64,000 nt of DNA, from the NCBI GenBank assembly GCA_905182865.1, contig CAJJCY010000003.1, positions 722,238 to 786,237 of the forward strand, read 5' to 3'. This DNA is from an uncultured SAR324 cluster bacterium (GTDB lineage: Bacteria; SAR324; NAC60-12). A program made the translations under genes and the position numbers. Under the pieces are notes generated by a model. The model was not told where the DNA came from. It made no database searches and saw nothing but the letters and a program-made list of their open reading frames with translations. Below are positions 38,945-49,215 of the stretch, piece after piece; position 1 is the first letter of the stretch, and each line of letters starts with the position of its first letter.

Positions 38945-40807
38945 TTAGACAAGTGCTTCCAGCATCCGGTTTTGGTATGCAGTGATCAAAGCTTCGCCAT
39001 AATGGGGTAGCTTTTCCAGGCGGCGTTTTACCGGTGTTTTGTCCGTTTGCGGGCGCATTACCTGATGTAAAGTGTAACGCAGAATATCCTGGGGATTTTG
39101 AATACAGTAAAGAATGAATGTCAAAGCATCGTTTTCCGGTTTTTTTTCGTAAATGAGCCACAACAGCCTAACTATGTGAAAATGATTGATTCCGCGTGAA
39201 CATTGCCGGTCCACAAATTCCAGGATTGATTTTAGGTAATTATCGGTCCTGAAACCTTGGGGTAGTCCTGCTGATTCAGTGAACTCCTGATAATAAAGCA
39301 AAGTCAGCACCGAAGAGCAAAAATAGCTCCATGCTTTTCTAAAATCGTCCAGAGGTATCAACTGTCTTTGAGGAACCGTGTCTTGTCCTGACTGCAGTAT
39401 TGCCTCCTCGTTGGTGTCTAGTAACACTCCAAGGGAACTCTGTATTGACTTGATTGCCGGCAATCGAAATTTCAAAACTGACATAAGCCTTTTCAGGTGC
39501 AGACCATCAGCACTTTCCAAAAAACCTGCTACCCTTGATTCCTCCAGCGACTGTGTCCACGTACTTAAATTGTGAAGTGCAGAATACAGTTTAGAATAAA
39601 TTGACTCGGCATAGTGCTTTTCCATCTTTTTTATTTCTTTAGACCATTCTTTCAAAGGGGTTCCGGAAGGAAGCATTTTTATCAGACGCAATGGAAATTT
39701 TTGCCGTATATGGTCCAATTCCGAATTTTGCGGAATCTCAGGAACATAAAAGAGAATCACTTTTTTCTCTTTTCTCAACTGTCGCATTCTGGATCGAATT
39801 TGTGTACCGACTCCGTCTAATTCTACAGTTTCCGGAGGTTGTTTCAATTGTTCGTACAGTTCTTCAATAAATCCGGCAAGAGCAGAAATTTCTTCCAGCT
39901 TGTGAAGCACAGAGCGGATGTAATGTGAGAATCGTTCTTGTTTAAAATTTTCATAAACCTGTATCTCATGGGGCAGAATGAAATGCAAATGTGAATTCAA
40001 CTGCTTGACTCGTTCACTCACTTTCTGATTAAATTGCTCGGGATTTGTCCGGAACAATTCCTTAAATTCGGTAAAAATTGTGGAAAGTGTATGTTGTTCT
40101 TCGGTTGAGAGTGACTGGTCTTTCCACTTTTCGCGCCACTCATCTATTAATTGCTTCCGAATTTGATCTCCCTCTTTTTCCATGGAAAGACGGTATGACT
40201 TTGCAACACTTTCACAATGTCCTTCCAAACTATCTGAATGAAAATTAAATTCTTTGACCAGGTCCAGTATTTCAGGAATTGCGGCAGTAATTTGTTTTTG
40301 TCCTTTCACACTATGCTGGTAAAACTCAAGAGGGAGGATTTGCTCATTGAAGAATATATTTCCAAATAATTTTGAAAATACATTGCGAGTAATGTTTACA
40401 ATAACTTCTGTAGTTTCCAGTTTTTTTGGCAGAATGATTGTCACCTTGAATGATCTTGAATCAATGAAGGAATCTATTCGTGAGGCAGGAAGTGTAACAT
40501 TTTTGGGAAGAGGAGAGCCGTTTTCAGTCTCGTATGTTGTCTGATCAATAAAACGCAGCAGATGGCTGGCGTAATTTATTTTCAAACCTAATCTGCCTGG
40601 AAAATCAAGCATGTCAGGAAGTTTTTCGCTCAAAAATGTTTTTGTCTCAAGCGCAATCGATTTAGAAAATTCTAACCGAAAAAATTTTGAGGTGGGAGTT
40701 TGTTCTTTTTCCTGATCATGATTTTGGAGTTGGGAATCTCCAATTGTACGGAGCTCAGGATCAAAACGCTCTTCAAAAGATTTGTCGTTGCTGTCAAAGG
40801 ACTTCAT
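38945..40807 (-). CDS. Hypothetical protein, 620 aa, predicted soluble and helical
   Basis: Long uninterrupted ORF with no signal peptide or TM segment. No recognisable NTPase, nuclease or other catalytic motif. Confidence 0.6.
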   Translation of the reverse strand: MKSFDSNDKSFEERFDPELRTIGDSQLQNHDQEKEQTPTSKFFRLEFSKSIALETKTFLSEKLPDMLDFPGRLGLKINYASHLLRFIDQTTYETENGSPLPKNVTLPASRIDSFIDSRSFKVTIILPKKLETTEVIVNITRNVFSKLFGNIFFNEQILPLEFYQHSVKGQKQITAAIPEILDLVKEFNFHSDSLEGHCESVAKSYRLSMEKEGDQIRKQLIDEWREKWKDQSLSTEEQHTLSTIFTEFKELFRTNPEQFNQKVSERVKQLNSHLHFILPHEIQVYENFKQERFSHYIRSVLHKLEEISALAGFIEELYEQLKQPPETVELDGVGTQIRSRMRQLRKEKKVILFYVPEIPQNSELDHIRQKFPLRLIKMLPSGTPLKEWSKEIKKMEKHYAESIYSKLYSALHNLSTWTQSLEESRVAGFLESADGLHLKRLMSVLKFRLPAIKSIQSSLGVLLDTNEEAILQSGQDTVPQRQLIPLDDFRKAWSYFCSSVLTLLYYQEFTESAGLPQGFRTDNYLKSILEFVDRQCSRGINHFHIVRLLWLIYEKKPENDALTFILYCIQNPQDILRYTLHQVMRPQTDKTPVKRRLEKLPHYGEALITAYQNRMLEALV

Positions 40808-40846
40808 GAAATTGTACCCTTGAATGGCCTGGCTCAGGACCGGGGA

Positions 40847-41086
40847 TCAATGCTTCCTGACAGAAGCTATATCTTCGTTCCATTCTCTCAGTTTATGCGG
40901 GCCTTCGAGTGTAGTTTTAAGTTCGACTAAATCCAAAAACTTTTTATCTTCCAAATCAACATTTGGATACCTCCTTCTTAAATAGCCCCAGAGGTTTAGG
41001 TAGTTCTCCTCTATTTGCCAATCATCATTCTGCAACTTCTGCTCTGTTTTGGGCCGTTCAGTAAATGGGTAAAAAACCTTGCTCAT
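40847..41086 (-). CDS. Hypothetical protein, 79 aa, upstream partner of the 620-aa gene
   Basis: ATG ORF on the same strand, 39 bp upstream of the 620-aa ORF. No motif recognised. Confidence 0.45.
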   Translation of the reverse strand: MSKVFYPFTERPKTEQKLQNDDWQIEENYLNLWGYLRRRYPNVDLEDKKFLDLVELKTTLEGPHKLREWNEDIASVRKH

Positions 41087-41563
41087 ACTACTTTCTCGAA
41101 AACTCTGTTTATAATATTTCCAAACTCGCTGTTCCAGAAAACTAATCCGGGAATTTAGAATTTATCTTCAATGCTGCCGAAAGTTTTAACGGCCTTATAC
41201 TCTATGTAGCAATATTGTTGCCTGAAAATATAATCGGGATAGTAAAAGTTGATTAATCTATTAAATACTTAGCTAATATATTGTTAATACACACTAATTT
41301 ATTATTAGATTAAATTAAAAAATTATAGAATAATTTTCATAATTTACAATTGCGTTGCTCAAAGAGCAAAACAATTTGTGGATTTGAGAGGAGAATTAAG
41401 ATGTAAATCTATTTCATTCAATTCCCAATTACTTGTAAAAGATACAACATTAAATTATAAATTGGTTTCAACTAAAACCACCAAATTTAGGTTTCTATTT
41501 AGTGGATAAAGATTCATTTGAAAAAAATCATTTGAAAAAATTAATCAGTACAGCAGGCGTGAG

Positions 41564-42268
41564 ATGCTGAAATTTATTTCATCCGCGGGAGTGATGGGCA
41601 CAATCGTGTTTCTTATGAACAGTTGTACTCTGCCTGCCGGCATGAGATAAATTACTGGTTAAGTTTTCATTAACGGACGTAGAATCCGGTCCTATGAGTT
41701 GAAAGGAATTGATGGTGTGCTTGTAGAAAATGATGCTTCTATCAGTACAGGATCAGCCGGATCTGCTGTCTTTGTTATTGGTAGAGATGCATTTCTTATC
41801 TGGGGAAACAGCAGATTGGAACTTAACCCGACACTAGACAGGAAACAAAACTAAATTTCCGAATTCAGTCTTAGATCAGGAGCAATACTTTCAGTCTTTG
41901 CCGGTAAAAAGCATACATTGAGTACAGTTACAGTCGTTATTGTGATCAACGGAACTGGAGTCTATCTTGATGCTCATTCTGAAAAAAACCTACGTGTGTG
42001 CCTGTTAAGGGACTTCCAATTTGCAGGTTAAGGATGCCACCTAAATCAGCGAAACCGTCACCACCAGTCATCATGACCAGCCACGTTTCATCTACTCTCT
42101 AGAAAAACGGATTGAACAAGCCACGGGGATCAACCATTCAGATCAAGAACTAATACTGCTTGAAAAATTGGTGAGCCGCATTCCTCCTTTCGTAAAACTG
42201 AATAGGAACGATGGAGGCAAATTTTCAAAGTCAGATAACCCTTATTCATCTATTAAATACGGATATTG
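41564..42268 (+). pseudogene. Heavily decayed lipoprotein gene, possibly with a beta-helix or adhesin-like passenger
   Basis: ATG at 41564 gives MLKFISSAGVMGTIVFLMNSCTLPAG (lipobox), then a stop. Protein-like stretches continue in shifting frames (NGRRIRSYELKGIDGVLVENDASISTGSAGSAVFVIGRDAFLIWGNSRLELNP; GAILSVFAGKKHTLSTVTVVIVINGTGVYLDAHSEKNLRV; HSDQELILLEKLVSRIPPFVKLNRNDGGKFSKSDNPY). No ORF above 60 aa between 41087 and 42524. Confidence 0.5.
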
Positions 42269-42546
42269 ATCCATTATTTAAGGATTCCTGAATACCAATC
42301 CGGAATAACCTTTATTTTGTTGGAGAGTTGTTTATTCATTTTCATCCTGTTCCAATTTCCCGTTTAATATGGAATTGAATTCCAATATACAGGGATTATT
42401 AAAACCACAGCAAGTTTAGAATTACTGTCTTAAGGTGAAGGACAAAAGGAGAACTATGTTTTAGATTGAAGCGGATTCAGATGAGTGATACTTTTATGGA
42501 AGCTAAAATATTTTGCACATGAAATCACCATCCCAAAAGGGCCATT

Positions 42547-43812
42547 ATGAGAGATCGAATAATATCTATTAAAGCCATTGAAATCTTGGATTCACGCGGA
42601 AATCCAACAATTCGCTCCACAGTTACCCTTGAAAACGGAGTAACCGGAACTGCGTCTGTTCCGTCCGGAGCATCAACTGGTGAAAATGAAGTCCTTGAAC
42701 TCAGGGATGGTGACAAAGCCCGTTATTCTGGAAAGGGAGTACTCAAAGCTGTAGAAAATGTGAATCAGGAACTGGCATCTGAACTGCTGGGAATGACTCC
42801 GGATCGGCAGGCAGAAATTGACAGAATGATGCTTAAACTGGACGGCACTGCGACCAAAAGTAATTTGGGCGCAAACGCAATTCTCAGTGTTTCCATGGCC
42901 GTTGCAGTAACTGCGGCAAATTCACACAACCTTCCACTTTATGCTTATCTTGGAGGTGTGGGCGGATTCCGTTTACCGATGCCGATGATGAACATTATTA
43001 ATGGCGGAGAACATGCTGACAATAGTGTAGATTTGCAGGAATTCATGGTCATGCCGATTGGCGCACCAACATTCCGGGAAGCCCTGCGTTATGGTACGGA
43101 AACATTTCATGCGCTGAAAAAAATCCTGCTTAAAAAAGGCTATGCAACAAGTGTAGGTGACGAAGGCGGTTTTGCGCCAAATCTTAAAAGCAATGAAGAG
43201 GCATGCGAAGTAATTATTGAAGCAATTAAGGCTGCCGGATATGAACCCGGAAAAGACATTTCACTGGCCATGGATGCCGCAGCGTCATCTTTTTATAAAA
43301 AAGGTGAGTATGACTTTTTTAAGTCTGGACAGGGCACAAAAAATTCAACGGAGATGCTGGGATTTTACAGTAGTATGGTTGAAAATTATCCGGTTGTTTC
43401 AATTGAAGATCCAATGGATGAGCATGATTGGGAAGGTTTTTCAGCCATTACCAAAAAACTTGGTAAAAAAGTTCAAATTGTTGGAGATGATTTGTTTGTG
43501 ACAAACACAGATTTTGTCAAAAAAGGGATCATTAAAAATGCGGCCAATGCGGTTCTGATAAAACTCAATCAAATTGGGACAGTTTCTGAAACTGTTGCCA
43601 CCATTCAGCTCTGCCAAAAAGTAGGCTGGAATTATATTATTTCGCACCGCAGCGGTGAAACTGAAGATACGTTTATGGCAGACTTTGCAGTTGGAATGGC
43701 CGGAGGGCAAATTAAAACTGGCTCGGCTTCACGCAGCGAGCGCATTGCAAAATATAACCGCTTACTTGAAATCGAATCAGAACTCGGTAAGTCTGCAATT
43801 TTCGGTAGTTGA
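42547..43812 (+). CDS. eno: Enolase
   Basis: [27 protein letters not shown] and [11 protein letters not shown]. 421 aa. Confidence 0.97.
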   Translation: MRDRIISIKAIEILDSRGNPTIRSTVTLENGVTGTASVPSGASTGENEVLELRDGDKARYSGKGVLKAVENVNQELASELLGMTPDRQAEIDRMMLKLDGTATKSNLGANAILSVSMAVAVTAANSHNLPLYAYLGGVGGFRLPMPMMNIINGGEHADNSVDLQEFMVMPIGAPTFREALRYGTETFHALKKILLKKGYATSVGDEGGFAPNLKSNEEACEVIIEAIKAAGYEPGKDISLAMDAAASSFYKKGEYDFFKSGQGTKNSTEMLGFYSSMVENYPVVSIEDPMDEHDWEGFSAITKKLGKKVQIVGDDLFVTNTDFVKKGIIKNAANAVLIKLNQIGTVSETVATIQLCQKVGWNYIISHRSGETEDTFMADFAVGMAGGQIKTGSASRSERIAKYNRLLEIESELGKSAIFGS

Positions 43813-43857
43813 CCGCAAGTCTGCCGGGCTCATGATTCTGAACCCAATCTGTCAACA

Positions 43858-45456
43858 TTGAACCACTTGACATTCATTCCTTTGAAAAACAATCCTGAGG
43901 AGTCCGGACGCATTCTGAAAAATGCGCGGACGGTTACAATCTTTACCCTTTTTTCACGAATCCTAGGTGCAGCAAGGGATTTAGTGATTGCGCATGTCTT
44001 TGGTGCTGGTTGGGTGACGGATGCTTTTGTACAGGCTTTTACAATTCCGAATGTCCTGCGCCGCATGACTGCAGAAGGTTCGATGACTCTTGCTTTTCTT
44101 CCTCTCTACACAGAAATCCGGGAACGCAAGGATCCTGAAGCTGCAAAGAAATTTGCGGCAAAAACTTTAGGGCTCGTCCTGGCAGTAACAACTATTCTGA
44201 CCGGCTTGGGAATTCTTTTCAGTCCTCAGTTGGTTTATCTGTTTGCGGCAGGTTTTGCTTCAAGTCCGGAAAAATACGACTTGACGGTGCTGCTGACCAG
44301 AGTGATGTTTCCATATTTGATTTTTGTTTCGCTCGTTGCCTGGGCAATGGGGGTACTCAATGCCGAAGGCCGTTTTGCAGCTCCGGCTGCAGCACCGATC
44401 TTATTAAATATCGGAATTATCGGGGCATCATTCGGTATTTCTCCATTGCTGGAAGAACCGATGATCGGCATCGGTATCGGTGTTCTTCTGGGTGGAATCG
44501 CGCAAATATTAATTCAAATACCCTCTCTGAGAAAAGTTGGGCAATCCTTCAAACCGCAAAATTTTCTCAATGATGAGAATATTCAGCGCCTGCTGAAACT
44601 GCTTGGTCCGTCTTTGCTGGGAGTAGCGGCCTATCAAATCAATATCATTGTGCTGCGCAACCTCGCCAGTTTCATGCCCACAGGGCAAGTCACGCATTAT
44701 TACAATGCCAGCCGACTCTCGGAACTGACTTTGGGTGTATTTGCTTTTGCAATCACTTCAGCCGGCTTTCCGGAATTAAGTCAGCACACTGCTGCCAAAA
44801 ACTGGGATAAAATCCGCAACACCCTGCGCTTTACCATGTCCACAACTTTACTGGTCATCTTTCCGGCCAGCGTTGGTTTGGCGGTTGTTGCAGAACCGAT
44901 TGTATCAATGCTATATCTGCATGGTGCATATTCATGGAGCGACGTTCAAAATACGGCACTCACGCTGCAGGCTTTTGCATTGAGTATTCCTGCAGTAGCA
45001 ATGATTCGGTTGCAGACTTCAGTGTTTTTTTCACTTAAAGATACCCGGACTCCGGTCAAAGTTTCATTGTTCAGTATTTTGCTGACAGGGCTTCTGGGTT
45101 GGTGGTGGAGTCAAAGCCTGGAAATATTTGGCTTGGCCCTGGGGCTTTCTGCAGGAACCTGGTTTCAGTGGATGCTGTTGTCGTTCTTTTTGCTCAAGCA
45201 ATCCGAATTACGTAAAAATTGGTGGCCCCTGCGGTCGTCTTTGCTTTATATGCTAGCTTCAGCAGGAATGGGAGGTTTTGCCTGGTATTCCAGAGGATAT
45301 GGATCATGGGAAAACGGACCTTTTCTTGTTTACAACTGGGTAAATTTTGGTGGAATACTGTTTGGTTCAGCTTTGCTTTACGGATTATTGCTTTTAGTTT
45401 TCAGGGAAGAGCAAGTGCTGAGATTGAAAAACCATATTCTACAAATTAACACCTAA
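43858..45456 (+). CDS. murJ: Lipid II flippase MurJ (MviN)
   Basis: TIFTLFSRILGAARDLVIAHVFGAG..TDAF..AF.IPN.LRR...EG and about 14 TM segments. TTG start as in the track (uncertain). Confidence 0.88.
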   Translation: MNHLTFIPLKNNPEESGRILKNARTVTIFTLFSRILGAARDLVIAHVFGAGWVTDAFVQAFTIPNVLRRMTAEGSMTLAFLPLYTEIRERKDPEAAKKFAAKTLGLVLAVTTILTGLGILFSPQLVYLFAAGFASSPEKYDLTVLLTRVMFPYLIFVSLVAWAMGVLNAEGRFAAPAAAPILLNIGIIGASFGISPLLEEPMIGIGIGVLLGGIAQILIQIPSLRKVGQSFKPQNFLNDENIQRLLKLLGPSLLGVAAYQINIIVLRNLASFMPTGQVTHYYNASRLSELTLGVFAFAITSAGFPELSQHTAAKNWDKIRNTLRFTMSTTLLVIFPASVGLAVVAEPIVSMLYLHGAYSWSDVQNTALTLQAFALSIPAVAMIRLQTSVFFSLKDTRTPVKVSLFSILLTGLLGWWWSQSLEIFGLALGLSAGTWFQWMLLSFFLLKQSELRKNWWPLRSSLLYMLASAGMGGFAWYSRGYGSWENGPFLVYNWVNFGGILFGSALLYGLLLLVFREEQVLRLKNHILQINT

Positions 45457-46710
45457 TAATTCCAGCGTTGATGCCGCCATCACTTTGGCTGCCGTAACCA
45501 TATCATCAATCACTATGTATTCGTCCGGCTGGTGAGCAAGGTCAAGGATTCCTGGACCATAGGCAATACAGTCATGCAGATGTCCGATGCGGGCAATGTG
45601 TTTTTGATCATAGGTACCGGGAGAAATGACATGTTCAGGAGTTTTGCCAAGGATGCTCTGAATTGCAGAACTGACGGCTTGGACAACCGGTGCATTCGCA
45701 TCTGTCATGGTTGGTAAAAACTCCATAATGTCCTTGATTTGGTAACGAAAATTAGGACGTGAATCAGCTAGCTCCTTCAACAAGTCTGTGACTTCTGCTT
45801 TGACCTCAGTGATATCTTCTTCAATCAAAAAGCGTCGATCCATGATAAGCCGGCAAGAATCAGCCACACAAGGACTTGGCAAGCCTTCAAAAGATTCGGC
45901 TTCACCTCCGTGAACTGCCTGCAGATTCAAAGTGGATCGCCTTGCTCCTTCTGGAACAACCGGCATTCGTGTTTGTTTTTTGTCCAGTGCAGGAAAAAGC
46001 CGTGACTCAATCAGCTCCAGAAATGCACTCATGTGTCGAATGGCGGAATCTCCTAGAAAAGGCATTGAGCCGTGTGCGATTCGACCGAATGTTTCAACTT
46101 CCGCCCACCATGCACCACGGTGTCCGAGACAGACTCGGTCCACATTTAAAGGTTCCGGAATAATCACATGATCAACGCGTGGTTTTGAAAAAAATCCTTT
46201 TTCCGCCAAAAAGGCAACTCCACCGTATCCTCCAGTTTCTTCATCAACAGTTCCGGAAATTTCGATTACGCCCGGAAAGTTAATGTTTTCTTCCAGGATA
46301 GCTTCCATAGCAATTACTGCAGCAGAGATTCCGCCTTTCATGTCGCAGGTGCCGCGTCCATAAATTTTTCCGTCACGCACCAGTCCCTCAAAGGGGTCAA
46401 CCGTCCAACCACTTCCTGCAACAACTACATCCAGGTGTCCGTTGAAATGAACACATGGTCCGGAATGTTTGCCTTCAATACGTGCTATGACATTATGACG
46501 TGGGTAACGCTCTGTGTCTCCGGGGGTATTATTGGCACGTTCATAAAGCAGTGAAAAACCGCTTTTCGCCAAACGGTTTCCCAGTAGTTCCACGCATAGT
46601 AAATAATCCTCTCCCGGTGGATTGATAGTTGGAATACGTACTAATTCCTGTGTAAATGAAACTAATTCTTCACGTTTGGAGTCGATTCTGGCAAACAGTG
46701 ATTCAATCAT
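45439..46710 (-). CDS. M20-family metallopeptidase / ArgE-DapE-type deacylase
   Basis: HFNGHLDVV, YGRGTCDMKGG and VDEETGG metal-ligand motifs. 423 aa. 18-bp convergent overlap with murJ. Confidence 0.8.
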   Translation of the reverse strand: MIESLFARIDSKREELVSFTQELVRIPTINPPGEDYLLCVELLGNRLAKSGFSLLYERANNTPGDTERYPRHNVIARIEGKHSGPCVHFNGHLDVVVAGSGWTVDPFEGLVRDGKIYGRGTCDMKGGISAAVIAMEAILEENINFPGVIEISGTVDEETGGYGGVAFLAEKGFFSKPRVDHVIIPEPLNVDRVCLGHRGAWWAEVETFGRIAHGSMPFLGDSAIRHMSAFLELIESRLFPALDKKQTRMPVVPEGARRSTLNLQAVHGGEAESFEGLPSPCVADSCRLIMDRRFLIEEDITEVKAEVTDLLKELADSRPNFRYQIKDIMEFLPTMTDANAPVVQAVSSAIQSILGKTPEHVISPGTYDQKHIARIGHLHDCIAYGPGILDLAHQPDEYIVIDDMVTAAKVMAASTLELLGVNL

Positions 46711-46751
46711 CTATGACCCTTTGATGGAGATTTGTAATCACGACATGATAA

Positions 46752-46769
46752 CAATATCAATATCAATAT
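46752..46769. repeat. (CAATAT)x3 hexamer microsatellite
   Basis: Read directly. Lies 42-59 bp upstream of the M20 gene start. Confidence 0.8.
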
Positions 46770-47201
46770 CAACAATGTACCTTGAAAAGTAAGTAAATGA
46801 TTTCAGAAACAGGAGATAAAACCACGGCTATGATCATTGGAAACGGGAAACTGTAAATTTCTTGTTAAGGGGCTTAAAAACAAATGACCCAGCTGCCTGC
46901 CGTTTCCTTTGAACTTCTGGTCAGATTATTAACAGGGATGCGTTAAAATTTGGGAAAGCACGAGGGGGACCTTTTGCTTTTCGGTCAATCTCCTGCAACC
47001 ATAAACTAATATCTGTGTCCAGTTTGTTATACTATGCCAAGGGATAATTATGATTCATATTAGTAAATTTACGTAGATTGCAAAATAAATTAAATTAGTT
47101 GCAATATAAGTATTTTAAATAAAAATTACACTAAAATTCATGTGATATTCGGTAGAGTGAAGTCAGGTTGCAATAAATAAAATTCTAAAGGGATTAAATA
47201 A

Positions 47202-48464
47202 TTAGGTGACTTCGTGTTTTTGCCTGAAACGTTCTTCCTTCCATTCTTCTGTTTTGAGTACGTCTTCCAAAGCTTCTGCCGCATCCCACACATCCGTGTA
47301 TCGCAAATAAAGGGGAGCAAAACCAAAACGCATACTTCCCGGCTCTCTGAAATCGGCGATTATTTTTCTGGCAATAAGAGCCTGAATGACAGCAAAACCA
47401 TTTTCAAAATGAAGAGTGACTTGAGAGCCTCGTTTATCATGATCAGTTGGACTCTGCAGAGTTACACCATAATTACGACATCCACTTTCAATAAGTTTTA
47501 TAAATAGTTGAGTCAGACGCTGACTTTTTTTTCGCACTTGCGGAAGATCGACTTCCTGCGCAATTTCAAGTCCGGCCTGCAGTCCCCTCAGAGATAAAAT
47601 AGGTTGTGTTCCTGTCTGGAAACGACGAATGCCTTCTGCAGCATGGAAATTTTCTTCAAACTCAAAAGGGCGTGCGTGTCCCCACCATCCGGAAAGAGGA
47701 TTCACGGCTTCTTTCTGGTGCCGCTTTGCCACATAGATAAAGGCGGGCGATCCCGGACCACCATTCAGATATTTGTAAGTGCAGCCAACCGCAAAATCCA
47801 CGCCCCATTGGTCAAGTTCTACCGGCAAAACTCCTGCACTGTGACAGGTATCTAGCACAAACAAAGCACCTGCGTCGTGTGTTTGTTGTACAAGTTCTGC
47901 AATTGGTAAGATCTCTCCTGTTCGGTAATTTATATGAGAAAAAGAAACAACCGCGACCTGATCGTCAAGTAATTCATCCAGTGTGTTTCCGTCTTTGCCC
48001 AATAAACGTCTTTGAATGTTTTTCCGAGTTGTTGCGACACCGTCCATGATATATAGATTTGTAGGGAAACTGTCGGCTTCAGAGATCACCACGGTGCGTT
48101 TCTGACGCAAGCCCAAAGCAGCATGAATTGACTTATAAATGTTAAGTGAAGTAGAGTCAGAAATAATAACTTGCCCGGAAGCAGCACCGACAACAGGAGC
48201 AATTAATTCGCCAAGAGTTTCCGGTAACTTCCACCAGCCGGCCTTGTTCCAACTTGTTATTAGATCTTCAGCCCATTCGTTACGGATGGTTTGCTCCAGT
48301 TGTTCTAAGGCTTTTTTTGGCATCGCTCCCAAGGAGTTACCATCCAGATAAATAAGGTCTTGGGGTAAATTAAACGCATCCTGCCAGTTGCGTAAAGGAT
48401 CTGTTACATCCTCTTTTTCACAAGCAGATCTGGATTCAGATAAATAAGTAATGTTCATTTGCAT
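47202..48464 (-). CDS. kynU: Kynureninase
   Basis: Collinear by eye with Pseudomonas KynU: IYLDGNSLGAMP, SWNKAGWW, DSTSLNIYK, FPTNLYI, CTYKYLNGGPGSPAF (PLP lysine), LSGWWGH, MRFGFAPLY. Confidence 0.9.
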   Translation of the reverse strand: MQMNITYLSESRSACEKEDVTDPLRNWQDAFNLPQDLIYLDGNSLGAMPKKALEQLEQTIRNEWAEDLITSWNKAGWWKLPETLGELIAPVVGAASGQVIISDSTSLNIYKSIHAALGLRQKRTVVISEADSFPTNLYIMDGVATTRKNIQRRLLGKDGNTLDELLDDQVAVVSFSHINYRTGEILPIAELVQQTHDAGALFVLDTCHSAGVLPVELDQWGVDFAVGCTYKYLNGGPGSPAFIYVAKRHQKEAVNPLSGWWGHARPFEFEENFHAAEGIRRFQTGTQPILSLRGLQAGLEIAQEVDLPQVRKKSQRLTQLFIKLIESGCRNYGVTLQSPTDHDKRGSQVTLHFENGFAVIQALIARKIIADFREPGSMRFGFAPLYLRYTDVWDAAEALEDVLKTEEWKEERFRQKHEVT

Positions 48465-48576
48465 GGAAGAAATTTGACTTTGGGATTTATAAATTCAGAT
48501 GCTCTTCTTCATTGAATTCTATAACCCCACAGTAAGTATATCGAGTAAATATATTTGTCTTGTTTTGCGAGTTTAA

Positions 48577-49215
48577 TTATCCTTGCTGTAATATGTCGAG
48601 GAATACCAGACTATCTCGAAACAGTAGCATTGCAAATCCAATTAATGCCATTCCCAGGAATTGCATGATGCGCCGATACAATATGCCGTGCAGGAAATTT
48701 CTTGATTTTCCTGCTGCAATTGCGAGCAAAAGTTTGACTCCACACAATCCTAAATAAAAACTGAAAAGGAAAGTTATTCCGGAAACCCTTGTCTGTTGAA
48801 ATGAGCGAACCATCAGAGGTGCTCCCACAGTAAACCAAAAAAGGTATGGATTTGGATTAACTAAATTTGCAATCATTAATTCTTTCAGGAGTAGCGGGCG
48901 GGGTGTAAAATCTGTAATATCTGCATTGGCGGTTCGAATACTTTTTGTGCCCAAATATAGTAGAAAAACTGATCCAAACAGAGAAATTGCACCCAGCAGG
49001 ATATTCATATTTGAAATTTGAGTAAAAATAAACCCGGAAGTTAAAACAACAGGTATATCTGTCAATAATGGAGTGCAAGCCACTTTTGCACCTGCACGGA
49101 TGCCGTGACGTAGTGTTTCAGAAATGATCAAGATTAACATTGGCCCGGGAGCAATTCCTGAAGGAGCACCCAGAAGCAATCCAATAGTAAAGATTCCCCA
49201 AATACTATCGATCAT
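48577..49215 (-). CDS. LysE/RhtB-family amino-acid exporter
   Basis: 212 aa, about 6 TM segments. N-terminal GIAPGPMLILIISETLRHG motif. ATGA start/stop overlap with the upstream DapF-like gene. Confidence 0.75.
   Translation of the reverse strand: MIDSIWGIFTIGLLLGAPSGIAPGPMLILIISETLRHGIRAGAKVACTPLLTDIPVVLTSGFIFTQISNMNILLGAISLFGSVFLLYLGTKSIRTANADITDFTPRPLLLKELMIANLVNPNPYLFWFTVGAPLMVRSFQQTRVSGITFLFSFYLGLCGVKLLLAIAAGKSRNFLHGILYRRIMQFLGMALIGFAMLLFRDSLVFLDILQQG

Noticed and set aside
39100-39200. R-x5-H pattern (SRGINHFH) in the 620-aa protein as a possible HEPN RNase motif
   Set aside because: A single short pattern without the surrounding HEPN helical signature. It is expected by chance in a 620-aa protein, so it is mentioned only as a prompt for profile searches.
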